DNA of 64,000 bases from Zancudomyces culisetae HAW-14-8 (lineage: Eukaryota > Fungi > Kickxellomycota), in NCBI GenBank assembly GCA_052426225.1, contig JBNJNM010000009.1, positions 868,001-932,000 of the forward strand, written 5' to 3'. A model generated the notes under the pieces. It made no database searches, was not told the origin of the DNA, and saw nothing but the letters and a program-made list of their open reading frames with translations. A program made the translations under genes and the position numbers. Of the stretch, positions 22,846-33,837 are shown piece by piece. Position 1 is the first letter of the stretch. Every line of letters starts with the position of its first letter.

Positions 22846-23781
22846 ATGGTTTATAGTATACACATATACGATCGGTACTGTACGTGTATATACACACAAT
22901 ATTTTGGTACGACAATGCCCAGTTTTCCACTAGCAACCGCCAGCATGAGTATGGGCAATCTGGCCAGACAAAGTGGTAGTGGAGAGTATGTCTCAGGAAC
23001 GAGATTGGGTATGGCCGATCAAGTGCAGAGTCAAAGACAGCTTGAAACCGATTTAGACAACACACTGAAACTAATTTACGGGTGTAATATATCGATCCGC
23101 AATATGGTGACCAAACTAACCGATACAAATTCAGAGTCAAACTCCGACACAATGGCGGATGTCGGGAATGGGATGGGAAAAGTGGTGGATTGTTTTGGGT
23201 ATTCGACAAGTACATATAAATCATTTTATTATGCTGCACCATCTGGGTTCAAAATAGTCCTGTTGGTTTCCAAAATAACAGCTGCAGGAGGTGCGGGTGG
23301 GGGGAGTTATCCACAGTCATTAGGAGGTACTGGTGCCATGACCAACCCGACCATCCCCAGTATGGGTGTTAGAGGTGGTAGTGCATCTATTGATTCGTCT
23401 TTATCACCTTCGGCTACACCCACCACATTTTCTACGGTACAGACAGGTGCATTAGCCTCTGGCTCATTATCAGGAACAACAACAGGATCAGGAACAGGAA
23501 CAACAGCGGCAACAACGACGACGCCCACAAATACAGGTGTTGGCATGGCAAAGGGCAAAGGACGGCAGAACAAGGCAATAAGTTTTCAAGATGCCAAACG
23601 GATATTACGACATGTGTATTCCAACTTGTTTGTAGAATACGTGGTGAAGAATCCAATGTATAAATCTGCGAATAGTAGTAGCAAGGATCGGAATAACCAA
23701 GTAATAGGTGATAACTTGACTAGTTGTCCAAAGTTTTCGACAGAATTGGGTGCATATTTAAATTCCCAGCTTGTGAGCTAA
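22846..23781 (+). CDS. BET5: TRAPP complex subunit Bet5/TRAPPC1 with low-complexity insertions
   Basis: YSIHIYDRYCTCIY, KLIYG..SIRNMVTKL, YSTSTYK...PSGFKIVL, VYSNLFVEYVVKNP (sybindin/longin family). Confidence 0.88.
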   Translation: MVYSIHIYDRYCTCIYTQYFGTTMPSFPLATASMSMGNLARQSGSGEYVSGTRLGMADQVQSQRQLETDLDNTLKLIYGCNISIRNMVTKLTDTNSESNSDTMADVGNGMGKVVDCFGYSTSTYKSFYYAAPSGFKIVLLVSKITAAGGAGGGSYPQSLGGTGAMTNPTIPSMGVRGGSASIDSSLSPSATPTTFSTVQTGALASGSLSGTTTGSGTGTTAATTTTPTNTGVGMAKGKGRQNKAISFQDAKRILRHVYSNLFVEYVVKNPMYKSANSSSKDRNNQVIGDNLTSCPKFSTELGAYLNSQLVS

Positions 23782-23981
23782 TTAAATTTGTAAACTTTAA
23801 TTTTTCGATTATTACACAAGAAACAAAGGAATATAGGGATATTTGTAACAATATTAATAATAATAATAATAATAATAAAGAGGTGATTAAAACAATACGA
23901 GATGAAAAGATGGAGTTTGATGAAATTACGCAAAGTAAAAGAATCAAGCCTTAAAGTAGCAATATTAAGAGAGAGACATGG

Positions 23982-25442
23982 TTATAAAATATATCTAAAG
24001 TTGGGGTGGAAATCATGCATAGCACGCTGGTCTTCAGGACTTAGATGGGAAACATCACGGGGATTGGCGTCCCTAGATTTATTCATGCGATGAAGAGAAA
24101 AGGCGAGGATGGAGGTTAGAACAAAGGAGAGGGCGTAGAGGGCAAACGCAAAAGCATAGCCGGTGGTATAAGCGGGGGCAGTAGCGGTGGTGAAGAGGTA
24201 AGGGGAGACGATTCCGGCGATTGAGCCGATCATGACAAAGATTGCGGAGGAAAGAGCGCGTTTTTGGGTACTTCCGGCGTTGATAGACATCCAACTAATG
24301 GTGATGGGGATAACAGCGTACATCGGGATACCCAGGATAAAGATGAAGACGAGACGAAGAATTTTGTTTCGGGAATATGCGACAATTGCAAAACAGATTG
24401 CGGATAAGAGGTCCATAACCAGGATTCGGATGTAAAAGGGAGTAGAGTGTTGCAAGAAAAAGCCAAATACCAAAGTGCTAATAGTACCGGTTATGGCTAC
24501 AGCGCTGGACAGGAAAGTAGACGTGGAGCTGGAATATCCAAACGATTTGATGATGCTGGGCCCGACAAAGCCCATGACAATGAACGCATTGTTGCGGGAC
24601 AAATCGAGTGCGGCAAACGCCCAGACTTTCCAATCGACAACTGCATCTTTGATGGTACTTAAAGTGATAACAGAGCGTTCGGCACTTCCTTGACTAGCAT
24701 TGATTCGTTTTACCACAACTAATCGTTCAGAATCTGATAGGAAAGTAGCGTGTTCGGGGTAATCTTTGATTAAAAAAATAGCGGCAATTGCAATGAGTAG
24801 AGTGATTAATCCGCCAAAGATAAAGATGGATTGGTAGGCGATTAGATTTCCTATACGGATCAGGGCAAATGCACCATACAATAGATTGACAATTCCAGAG
24901 GCAGGAAGGGCAGAAAACATGATGGACATTCGTGGACCCAAGTCTTCCCTTGTGTACCAATAGGCCAAGTACGTAATCATTCCGGGAGTGAAGCCAGCCT
25001 CAAACACACCCAAAATCAATCTGATTAGTATAGCCTGTCCAGAATTCTGTGCAGCTGCCAAACACATACAGGTAACCGACCAACCGATGCCAATAAAGGG
25101 GAACCAAATGGAGGGCCGTGTTCTCTTTAGCAGAATATTTGCGAATGGTTCGAATAGTATATACGTAATGAAAAACAACGACCCAACACTTCCTTGCTGA
25201 GTCGGTGTCAGGTGTAGCTTTTCGACCATTCCGTTTATCATTGCCGCACCAATATTGGATCGGTCCATGGCTCCTGACAGGTACAACAGGTACATTATAG
25301 GAAGAATCCAAAAGTCGATTTTCAATATCGCTCGCCGCAGTGTCTTTTTGTCCTCCAAGCTCAGTTCTACCTCTCTATTTACGTTTTTCCTCTCTTCGTT
25401 ATCATGACTATTGAATGTTTCTTGACTAGAGTTTTTTTCCAT
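23982..25442 (-). CDS. MFS transporter, anion:cation symporter (Dal5/Tna1-like) family
   Basis: KIDFWILP, MDRSNIGAA, RLILGVFEAGFTPG, YWYTREDLGPR, ~12 hydrophobic segments, HPNFRYIL C-terminus. Confidence 0.93.
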   Translation of the reverse strand: MEKNSSQETFNSHDNEERKNVNREVELSLEDKKTLRRAILKIDFWILPIMYLLYLSGAMDRSNIGAAMINGMVEKLHLTPTQQGSVGSLFFITYILFEPFANILLKRTRPSIWFPFIGIGWSVTCMCLAAAQNSGQAILIRLILGVFEAGFTPGMITYLAYWYTREDLGPRMSIMFSALPASGIVNLLYGAFALIRIGNLIAYQSIFIFGGLITLLIAIAAIFLIKDYPEHATFLSDSERLVVVKRINASQGSAERSVITLSTIKDAVVDWKVWAFAALDLSRNNAFIVMGFVGPSIIKSFGYSSSTSTFLSSAVAITGTISTLVFGFFLQHSTPFYIRILVMDLLSAICFAIVAYSRNKILRLVFIFILGIPMYAVIPITISWMSINAGSTQKRALSSAIFVMIGSIAGIVSPYLFTTATAPAYTTGYAFAFALYALSFVLTSILAFSLHRMNKSRDANPRDVSHLSPEDQRAMHDFHPNFRYIL

Positions 25443-27394
25443 TTTTTTTCTTCTTTTAATTCTATATTAATTCTATTATACCAAAAAGAAATGTTAAAAA
25501 ATTAAAATAAAATAAAAAGTAAAAAAAAATATAAAAAACCAAGGCTGATCTTTTTTACTCCATTTTTTCATTTTATATTATTTTATACTCTTGGGTGTGT
25601 ATGAATATACACATTTCCCAAATCGGAATTTGCATCGTAAAAAGAAACGGTTTCAAATAGCCTCAGCTCCATTTTCAAAAAGGAATCACAATATTTATTC
25701 GATTTTTATCCTACTTTATCGATAAAGACAAATTCAAATTAAATTGAGTTGAATTCGATTGATTTTGATACGATGTTTTTCGATTTCGATTAGATAAATT
25801 ATGTTTAGTTTGTATTGTATTACAAATGCATATGAAAATTAAAAAAGTTTCACTATTAGTTTTGTACATTTAAAAAAAAATTTTTTTTTTTTAGTATTAT
25901 AAAGTTTCTGGAAATTTATTTCATGTACGTTTTTTCCGAAGATATATAGTAAAATTCAAAGTGTTTAAATACAGTTTTAGCTTGTGATTAAAAGATTATA
26001 ATACTTTTGTATTTTTTGACTGATTTGTAATCAATGGCTATAGATTCCACCACCCCCCCACCTCCAACATCATCTGAGGTCCGTGACTTTAAAAACTCTC
26101 AAGTTTATAATTTACCAAGTTTATTTTAAAGATAAAAACGCGACCATTTTTTATCGTTTGGATAATAGTGGCTTTTAAATGCCAAAAAAAAAAATAGATT
26201 AGAATGCTTAGTTTTATCGATGCCTTTAAAAAAATATTCGTATTTCTATAAAAAAAATACGGATTTTCCTAAAAGATTATTGATAGTCAAATACATATTA
26301 CTCAGTTTACCAGTTTGGGGCAATACCTGCTTCAAGTCACTTTTTCTCTCCTCCAACTAAAAACCGTTCGTATCTACTAGGAGAGCCACCCTTGGGGATG
26401 GTAGCCACCCATCCATCCATTCATCCGTCCATGTTGTACTCACCTAGTGTAGAAAAATGGTAAGCAGCTTACGCTTCCTGGTTCATCCTTTATCTGGTAT
26501 AAGTTATGATCGTATCAATCAACTGTGTCCCATTGGGGGGGGGGGGGGGGGGAAGGGGGCGGGTCCACTAAATCTTTGTTTGAGCTTGCTTCATAGGGTT
26601 TCTTTTCTGTATTTGTGTGTTGAAGACAGTCATTAATTTCTTTTTGTAAAATATCAAACACAACTATTAGTACTAGAACCTTTCTATCTTATTTTATATT
26701 TGACACAATAAAAGCAAAATCGTCGCCAGTAGGTGCTAACGCTAGCTTTTGTAAAAGAAAAATATCCACATCTCCATCTCCATCCACATCTCCATCCACA
26801 TCCCTGATTCCTGACTCTAGATGATCAAACTCATCACGTATAAATATTATACAAGACTTTTTTTTTTTATGCTCTCAAATGTACTTTTTTATGTGTATAA
26901 AATAAACTATTCTTGTTTGAAAATAATTCCAAAACTGAATTGTATATTTCATATACTTTGTAAGCGTCGTCGATTATTGCTATTGTACTAACTTTGAATA
27001 TAACCATGATTAGATACATTTGTTGCATCCAAAACAGGGTTTATTTTTATACCTAATCTTTGGGGGGAGGGGGGAGGGGGGGTCTATATAACATCATTAA
27101 TAAATATCCTATTGTTCGACAAGAATTGTTCAATAGTGTAAAGTAATATCTATTATAAACACAACAGGTATACTTTCTATATAAATATAAAATATATAAA
27201 TATCACTAGGACCTTGCAAATTAAATATTAACATGATGGTATTATCAAACTATTAATTAGTGGCTTTGTTTCGTAATACTGTTTTTCAATAATGAAAATA
27301 TCACAAACGTTTTTATTATTAATTTTTATTTAAAAATCCCTAATATATAATAATAATAATGTTAATAATGATAATGATAATGATAAAAGTAAAA

Positions 27395-30300
27395 TCAAGC
27401 TAAAAATGCATAACTAGCAATCATTTTCTTTGTCTTTTTCTGCCCCTCACCACCAACATCATTTCCATTTCCAGCAACAACAGCAAGCTGTTCCAATTTC
27501 CCATTCAATTCCACAATCGCCTCCTCCCTCAACTTCTCAGTTGCCAGGTAGTACGGCATCAACACGTCACGTGGAATCCGGTGCACCCACTCAAGCTGCC
27601 GCACATAGTGGACAGGCAGCGTGCGTGTACAGTATGTCAGTAACGTGGCTAGGGATATATACTCGGAGGACGAAACGAAATGCAGAGCTGCACGTTTCAC
27701 CACCTCAATATTTTGCGTGTTTGTGGAGAGCGAGATTATCAAATCGGAAAATCCCTTGGAAATGGCTAAATCCAGCCCATCATCCAACCGGCCCAATTTC
27801 CCATACAAAACTACCGCCAATCGATGGAACTGTAAATGCGTGGATTTGACTAGTAGCTTAACCAGAGCACCAAGGTCAAAGTTTTGGTGAGCAGATATGG
27901 ACTCTACAAGCTGGTCATAATTGGCTTCGGCAACTAGTAATGCATTATAAGTATCATTGACAAATCTAGCAGTTGCAGTTGCAGTAGTAGTAGTAGTTGT
28001 TGTTGTTGTAGTAGTGGTAGATGAGGAAGAAATATGGGATTGAGCAGCTTGTAAATACGGCTTGATTAATGCAAGATTATTCGAGGAAGAAAAAAAGGTA
28101 ATGGTTCTTGAATGATCAAGCTTAGGCAACAAGGAAATCAACAAGTCATTGAGAAGATCAGGGTGAGTTGCAAGGTAGAAAGGAAACGCATGCGAGTACA
28201 AAAGATCACAAGTAGTTGAAGGATCAGACGCAATCAACTTGAAGGTAATATGGTCAAAGGCAACCGGGGACGCATCAGGGTTGGACTGAAGAATCAGGGC
28301 ATTGTCGTACTGGGCATAATGCACATATAAAAAGACCAGTTCCTGCCACAAGTGCATTTGCTGACAGGCAGAAATCAACTTGGGAATGTTGATCCGGTCA
28401 GCATACAACTTGAGGTGGGCCATGACATTATCGGGATAGTACCGAACATAGAGAATAGCCAATTCAGTAAAGATTCCAATATGGGCGCGGTCAAGAGACA
28501 AACCAGATTTCAGCAGAGATACCAGATCGTCAATACGAGCAAGCTGTTCATACATGTGGATCAACGGCAACAGCTGGTCTGGATGGACTATCAGATGAAT
28601 AGCACACGAATTGGCCAAGTCAAACAACGAGTTGTCAATACACGCAATACACACCGACCGCCACACAGAAACGGAATTTGCACGACCGGCAGTCTCGACC
28701 GCAGCATGGTAGTCACTCAGCTTCAACAATGTAGCCGCCAGTTTCGACCAGTTCGATACACAGGCATACAACAACTTGGCCGAATTATACAGCTCGGCAT
28801 TAAAGCACCGGTCGCCCACCATCGCTATTTGGCTCGGTGAAAGCGTAGGACTCTTGGCTAATGCCTCCAGCTCCGCCAACTGGCCAGTACGCGCATACGC
28901 AAACAACAGCTCGGACTCGGCTAGCGGGTCACGTGTCTGCGACCGAACCATTACTAGATACGAAATCAGCAAATTGTCATACGAATCCGTCGTTATCGCA
29001 CGTCGGATCTGGCCAAAGGCAGACGGATCACGTGCGCGGATGTAGGAGTCCAGAGCCGCAGACAAGTCAGATGCGGACAGTTGGGCGCGCGCCAAAATAG
29101 ACCACACAGCCGGATCATTGATGGAAGCTGCATAGTCATGCGCACGAGACAAACTTTTTTCCGAACTGGATTTAATCAGGACGGTAACGGCATCAGTATG
29201 CAAGTTGTGGGATGAGTAAATGGTAAATGCTTCTTCGGTCAAACCATTGGTCAGACAAATCGAAGCAACATTCGGCGCATCATAGTCGGACAATTTGGCA
29301 AGATACGAAGAAACAGAAGATGGATCAGCGTTGATTGCAGTAATCAAAAGCAGGTTCTGCAGGTTTCGGTTGTTAGAAAATGTTGGATTGGTTGAAAGCA
29401 CAAACTTGTCCAAAAGCACCAACAAATCCGCAGATAAGTTGGACGCCATAAAAGCCTTGACCAACACAGACATCTGGTCAGTTGAACACGTCGCTGGAGT
29501 GACTGTCGCCAAAATGCTATCGATTACCTGTCTGTCAGGCGTAGGTTCAAAGACTGCTCGGTACAAATCCAGTTGGTTCCGCGACAAAAGATGTGTCGCC
29601 AGTTGCTTATACATTGAATGAGTAGTCGCCAATTTAACTAGCAACTCGTTTGCAAGTGGATTGTTGTTGTTGGCTTCTTTGACATAAGCTGTAAACGCCA
29701 ATGCTGGATTCAAAGATTCAATATGTTTGCCTACTGCTATTCCATCATAGAACTTATTGGTCGTCAAAAACGCCTCTGCATTCAAATTCAACTCCACATA
29801 CAACTTGGCCAACGCTGTATATATAAACGTCAGCCCCTGGTTACTGCTGCTGCCTGCCAGTGTCTCCAGCCACTGCTGCAGTATCGCCAGTCGTGAATGC
29901 TCTTCCGCCGCCTCTATAATCGCCTGAATCGACGAATGCGGTGCGTTAGGCAACAGCGACTGTATAAAGCTATCGGATACATCCACGGTCAACAACGCCG
30001 AAAAGATGGCGGCAAAGCGAGATGGATCGGAATTGATTTGTCGCACATACGTCGCTATCGCCGCATCGTTTCCGCACCGATGTAGCTGCGTCACCAGTTC
30101 GCTTATATACCCAAACCGGTCACACACATACATAAACGCCGTCACTATGCTCTCATCCCGCCCTATAATCGACAACAAATACTGCCGCACCGCCTCGCCA
30201 TCATACTTCAACCGTGGCTCTCGCACCACCCGCTCTATCTGCGCATAATGCCCCAACTCCGCTGCCACACTCACAAACTTCAAAACTGTCTCGGGCGTAC

Positions 30301-32500
30301 AGTTCGCTGAATTCGATACCAACAATGTCCCCAGATAACTATACAACCCCGCTTGGTTATCTGCCTCCTCAAACAGTCTCACCACTTGATTATATTCATA
30401 ACTCGACAAATTGCGTGTTGTTGTCTGCACAACCACATCGCTATTGCTACTATCTGCTCGCAATAACTCGGCCATCAACTCCAGCCCTTCTTCGCCCGAC
30501 TCCATCTGCCCAAGATATCGCACCAAATACTCATCGTCGACTTTTTTGGATGTCAGAATCCGAATTACTTCTGCCTTGTCCTCATACAACTCCAATGCTC
30601 GCTGCATCAACCCTGCTCGCTCGCACGCCGCTGCTATCCGCGTCCTGTCAAAATGACTAAACACTCCATTCCCCAATATCGCATCCCCAACCTGCGGCGC
30701 ATGCTCCAAATTCATTTCCAACAATCGCGTCTGCATCTCTCCCTCTGACTCCTTGTCCCCCCGCAACGCATCCAACAAAAACGTCGTTGTCTGTGCCACC
30801 AACCCGTACTCCATCAGTATCTCCGCCGCCTCCTCTATCTCCATCTCTCGTGGATTCGCTGCCACCAACTGTCGCGCCAAATCCCGTGCCTTGTCCCCCT
30901 CACTACTTGCCGCCAACCTCAATATCTCATTCCACCGCGGCTTGAATCCTGTCTTTTCACAGTACAACCACATCTTCTCAAACTCCCCAAGTTGCGCAAA
31001 ACACTTCACTGCCTTCTCATGTACCCCTGCTCGCAAATACACCGACAACGCCAACGTCACATCGTGCTCTGCCACTATATCTCCTAGCTCCTCACTACAC
31101 TGCAGCTTGTTCTCTTTCAACCAGTTCTCCAACAACTGCTTACGATTCATCGCCAGCACCGGTCGACTCAACTCTATTGCCTCCTCCACGTTCAATTCTC
31201 CCGTCTCCAGTATCGTCGCAAAGTAATGCAGAATCGGTGACAGCTGCCCCGCAATGCTCGGTAATCCCTTCAGCCGCTCGATCGTTTCCCTCGTTCGCAA
31301 CACCCCATTTCCTGCTCGTGCTGCCATCGCCGCTGCCTCCATATACCGTCCTCGCCCTATCTCCTCCTCAAACTTTTGTCGGTACAACTCCTCCGCTCCT
31401 CTCAACTCTGCTCCTCGACTCGCCATCCTGAATGCCGTATCCACACTTCCCAACTTCCCCACCACATGGCTCACCACTGTCTCTCGATTCAACCGCGTAT
31501 GTAACACTTTCCCGCGTCGGTTTATACATATCACCCCTCCTCCTTGACTCTTGGCCGTTGCAAACACTGTCTCTCCCGATATCCTTGTCGAATACACCCG
31601 TACTCCTGTCTCCACCGAGTACACATGCACAAACCCATACTTTGTCACCACAAAACTCACTCCACACTCGCTATCCGTCTGTATCCCCATCGGAAAATCA
31701 TTCACCGCCTCTGCTGGAAACAACAACTCTTCCCGTCGCTTCTCCAACACTCCTGCTCCCTCCACATGGTCTATCTCCACTATATTCACATGCCCTGCCC
31801 CACTGCTACTGTCTCGGTTCGCCAGTATCAACCCCTCACTCTCCTTCTCTGCTCCTCCTATCCGTAGCGCAAAAAACTCGGCCGCATGCGCATCAATAAT
31901 CTGACTCACTCCCTTATCCACATTGTACAACTGCGCTACTCCCGCTATCCGCCCATTCTGCTCCCGAATCCCCACCACCACCAACCAATTCCGCTTCTTA
32001 TTCGTTGTCGCCCGGATAATCTGTGTATCTTTCAACCTCTCATGCAATCCAAACTGCTTGCGTGGCTCTGAACTTCCCTCCATATTCCACAAATACACCC
32101 CCTTTTCCGTCACTATTATCAACTCCCGCTCATTTACCCAATGCCAAAACACCACCTCCTCACTCATGTTTTTCGACTTTATCTTGCTCTTTCGCTCCAA
32201 ATCAAACACTTGCAACTTGCTCTCTGTCCGCAACGCCACCACCAACTTGCTTGGATGCATTATTGCCGAATCTGCCGTAATCTGCCGCTTATACACCGAC
32301 TTTCCCCCTCCTCCTCCTCCTCCTTCTTCACTCTCCAACTCTATCACATTCACTTCTATCGCACTTCCTCCTACCTCCCGAACACATATATACTTGTCTG
32401 ACTCCACCGTCACTGTGTTGAAGTTTATTTTGTTTGTATCAATTCCAAACTCCCCAAGCTCCACCACCTCCCTCAGCTCTATTGGTATTTGTCCCTCCAT
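27395..32500 (-). CDS. CHC1: Clathrin heavy chain (divergent)
   Basis: ESDKYICVRE, ITADSAIMHP, NDFP, VTKYGFVHVY, LQCSEELGD, QTRLLEMNL, NRNLQNLLLITAI, LSLDRAHIGIFTELAILY; 1701 aa, intronless. Confidence 0.97.
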   Translation of the reverse strand: MEGQIPIELREVVELGEFGIDTNKINFNTVTVESDKYICVREVGGSAIEVNVIELESEEGGGGGGGKSVYKRQITADSAIMHPSKLVVALRTESKLQVFDLERKSKIKSKNMSEEVVFWHWVNERELIIVTEKGVYLWNMEGSSEPRKQFGLHERLKDTQIIRATTNKKRNWLVVVGIREQNGRIAGVAQLYNVDKGVSQIIDAHAAEFFALRIGGAEKESEGLILANRDSSSGAGHVNIVEIDHVEGAGVLEKRREELLFPAEAVNDFPMGIQTDSECGVSFVVTKYGFVHVYSVETGVRVYSTRISGETVFATAKSQGGGVICINRRGKVLHTRLNRETVVSHVVGKLGSVDTAFRMASRGAELRGAEELYRQKFEEEIGRGRYMEAAAMAARAGNGVLRTRETIERLKGLPSIAGQLSPILHYFATILETGELNVEEAIELSRPVLAMNRKQLLENWLKENKLQCSEELGDIVAEHDVTLALSVYLRAGVHEKAVKCFAQLGEFEKMWLYCEKTGFKPRWNEILRLAASSEGDKARDLARQLVAANPREMEIEEAAEILMEYGLVAQTTTFLLDALRGDKESEGEMQTRLLEMNLEHAPQVGDAILGNGVFSHFDRTRIAAACERAGLMQRALELYEDKAEVIRILTSKKVDDEYLVRYLGQMESGEEGLELMAELLRADSSNSDVVVQTTTRNLSSYEYNQVVRLFEEADNQAGLYSYLGTLLVSNSANCTPETVLKFVSVAAELGHYAQIERVVREPRLKYDGEAVRQYLLSIIGRDESIVTAFMYVCDRFGYISELVTQLHRCGNDAAIATYVRQINSDPSRFAAIFSALLTVDVSDSFIQSLLPNAPHSSIQAIIEAAEEHSRLAILQQWLETLAGSSSNQGLTFIYTALAKLYVELNLNAEAFLTTNKFYDGIAVGKHIESLNPALAFTAYVKEANNNNPLANELLVKLATTHSMYKQLATHLLSRNQLDLYRAVFEPTPDRQVIDSILATVTPATCSTDQMSVLVKAFMASNLSADLLVLLDKFVLSTNPTFSNNRNLQNLLLITAINADPSSVSSYLAKLSDYDAPNVASICLTNGLTEEAFTIYSSHNLHTDAVTVLIKSSSEKSLSRAHDYAASINDPAVWSILARAQLSASDLSAALDSYIRARDPSAFGQIRRAITTDSYDNLLISYLVMVRSQTRDPLAESELLFAYARTGQLAELEALAKSPTLSPSQIAMVGDRCFNAELYNSAKLLYACVSNWSKLAATLLKLSDYHAAVETAGRANSVSVWRSVCIACIDNSLFDLANSCAIHLIVHPDQLLPLIHMYEQLARIDDLVSLLKSGLSLDRAHIGIFTELAILYVRYYPDNVMAHLKLYADRINIPKLISACQQMHLWQELVFLYVHYAQYDNALILQSNPDASPVAFDHITFKLIASDPSTTCDLLYSHAFPFYLATHPDLLNDLLISLLPKLDHSRTITFFSSSNNLALIKPYLQAAQSHISSSSTTTTTTTTTTTTATATARFVNDTYNALLVAEANYDQLVESISAHQNFDLGALVKLLVKSTHLQFHRLAVVLYGKLGRLDDGLDLAISKGFSDLIISLSTNTQNIEVVKRAALHFVSSSEYISLATLLTYCTRTLPVHYVRQLEWVHRIPRDVLMPYYLATEKLREEAIVELNGKLEQLAVVAGNGNDVGGEGQKKTKKMIASYAFLA

Positions 32501-33204
32501 CCTTTATCTTTCTTTCTTTTTTTTATCTTGCTTTACTTTACTTTTCTTTCTTTCTTTATTTCTCGTATTTTATTTCCTCTTGCCCTTGTTATTTATTTTA
32601 TTTAAAACTCTTTTTACTCTTCATTCTCTTTTTCTTTTTTCCCATTTTTCCCATTTTTTTTTATACACTAATTTTGCACTTTCTCATTTAATTTTTCTAT
32701 TCTCCGCTCAAAACCCAATCACCATTAAACATTCCATCATTCCAGTTATTATCATTTCCATATTTTCATTTACTTTTTATTAATTTTTTTATTTGTTTAT
32801 TTGTTTACTTTTTATCTCTCCTCCCAAAATTCTCTCCTCCCACACTCCCGTTCTCCCACATTCCCCCAACCCCTCTACACTCCTATCTACATTTCGCTTT
32901 TACTTGTAGTTTATATTTCTTTTTACTTTATTATATACTTTAGCTTTTTTACTTTTCATTTTATTTTACTTTATTTTATTTTACCAACAATGTTTAGTCT
33001 TGGTATTAATAATATTCTTGTATCACCCGAATAATACTAATATTTATAAAAAAGCTCATTAATTATTACAAAACTATAAAACCCTTTTTTTTTGTTTTTA
33101 GTCAACACTACTTTCATTTCATCTCATTTCATCCTCATCACCACTCTTTACTTTTAGCATAAAAACTATATACATTTATCATTTAACCATCCTCCCTCTT
33201 CATT

Positions 33205-33569
33205 TTAATTCATTAAAACAGAACATGGATTGATTCTTTGTCTTTTGCCATTTGCAAGATCCATTTCTGTATCCACTGAACCATATACTCCGTTTTGATG
33301 ACATGCCACATTACTAACCCGTCCGTCCACCACAACCCCTTCATTCATTTGCATTTCAAAGTCCTCAAAGCTTCTCTTGCTCATCAGTCTTTGCTGTACG
33401 ACCCCCCCTGCTCCTGCTCCTACTCCTGCCATCACCCTTTGTCCACCATTAACTCCATTAACTCCACCAACTCCATTAGCAGAATTTATCGAATAATTGT
33501 TTAGCTGTTGTCCCATCATCTGCTCTGGTGCTTCGATGACTCCATTATTGATTTGTCCAAACACCATTC

Positions 33570-33603
<34 letters not shown>

Positions 33604-33837
33604 TTGTTGTTGTTGTTGTCGCAAATCATGGATATGTGCGTGTTGAGCTTGAGCCTGTCGGGTTTCAATTTCCGCACTCTGCATGGCATTTTGTTGCAAT
33701 AATACATTTGTCTTTTGGCATATACTAGCTCCTACCCCTCCGCTACAAGTATTGTTATTGTTGTTACTATTGTTGTCTACTATTACAGGCACATAATGAA
33801 TATGTGATAACATACTTGGGTAAAATCCTAGATCCAT
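33205..33837 (-). CDS. Hypothetical Q/N/G-rich protein with basic NLS-like motifs
   Basis: 210-aa ATG ORF, GC higher than its flanks, poly-Q tract, SKRSFEDF and KRQRI motifs; no family recognised. Confidence 0.6.
33571..33618. repeat. (CTG)n(TTG)n poly-Gln microsatellite
   Basis: Direct trinucleotide repeat within ORF 33205-33837. Confidence 0.9.

Noticed and set aside
26535-27082. G-runs with G-quadruplex potential (26535-26563, 27062-27082)
   Set aside because: Simple homopolymer-like tracts with no adjacent LTR (so not PPTs) and no evidence of function.
27430-32783. Many plus-strand ORFs antisense to CHC1, and antisense ORFs over MRD1, MET2, ASH2 and gag-pol
   Set aside because: They are shadow frames of real genes with biased composition and no recognisable motifs.
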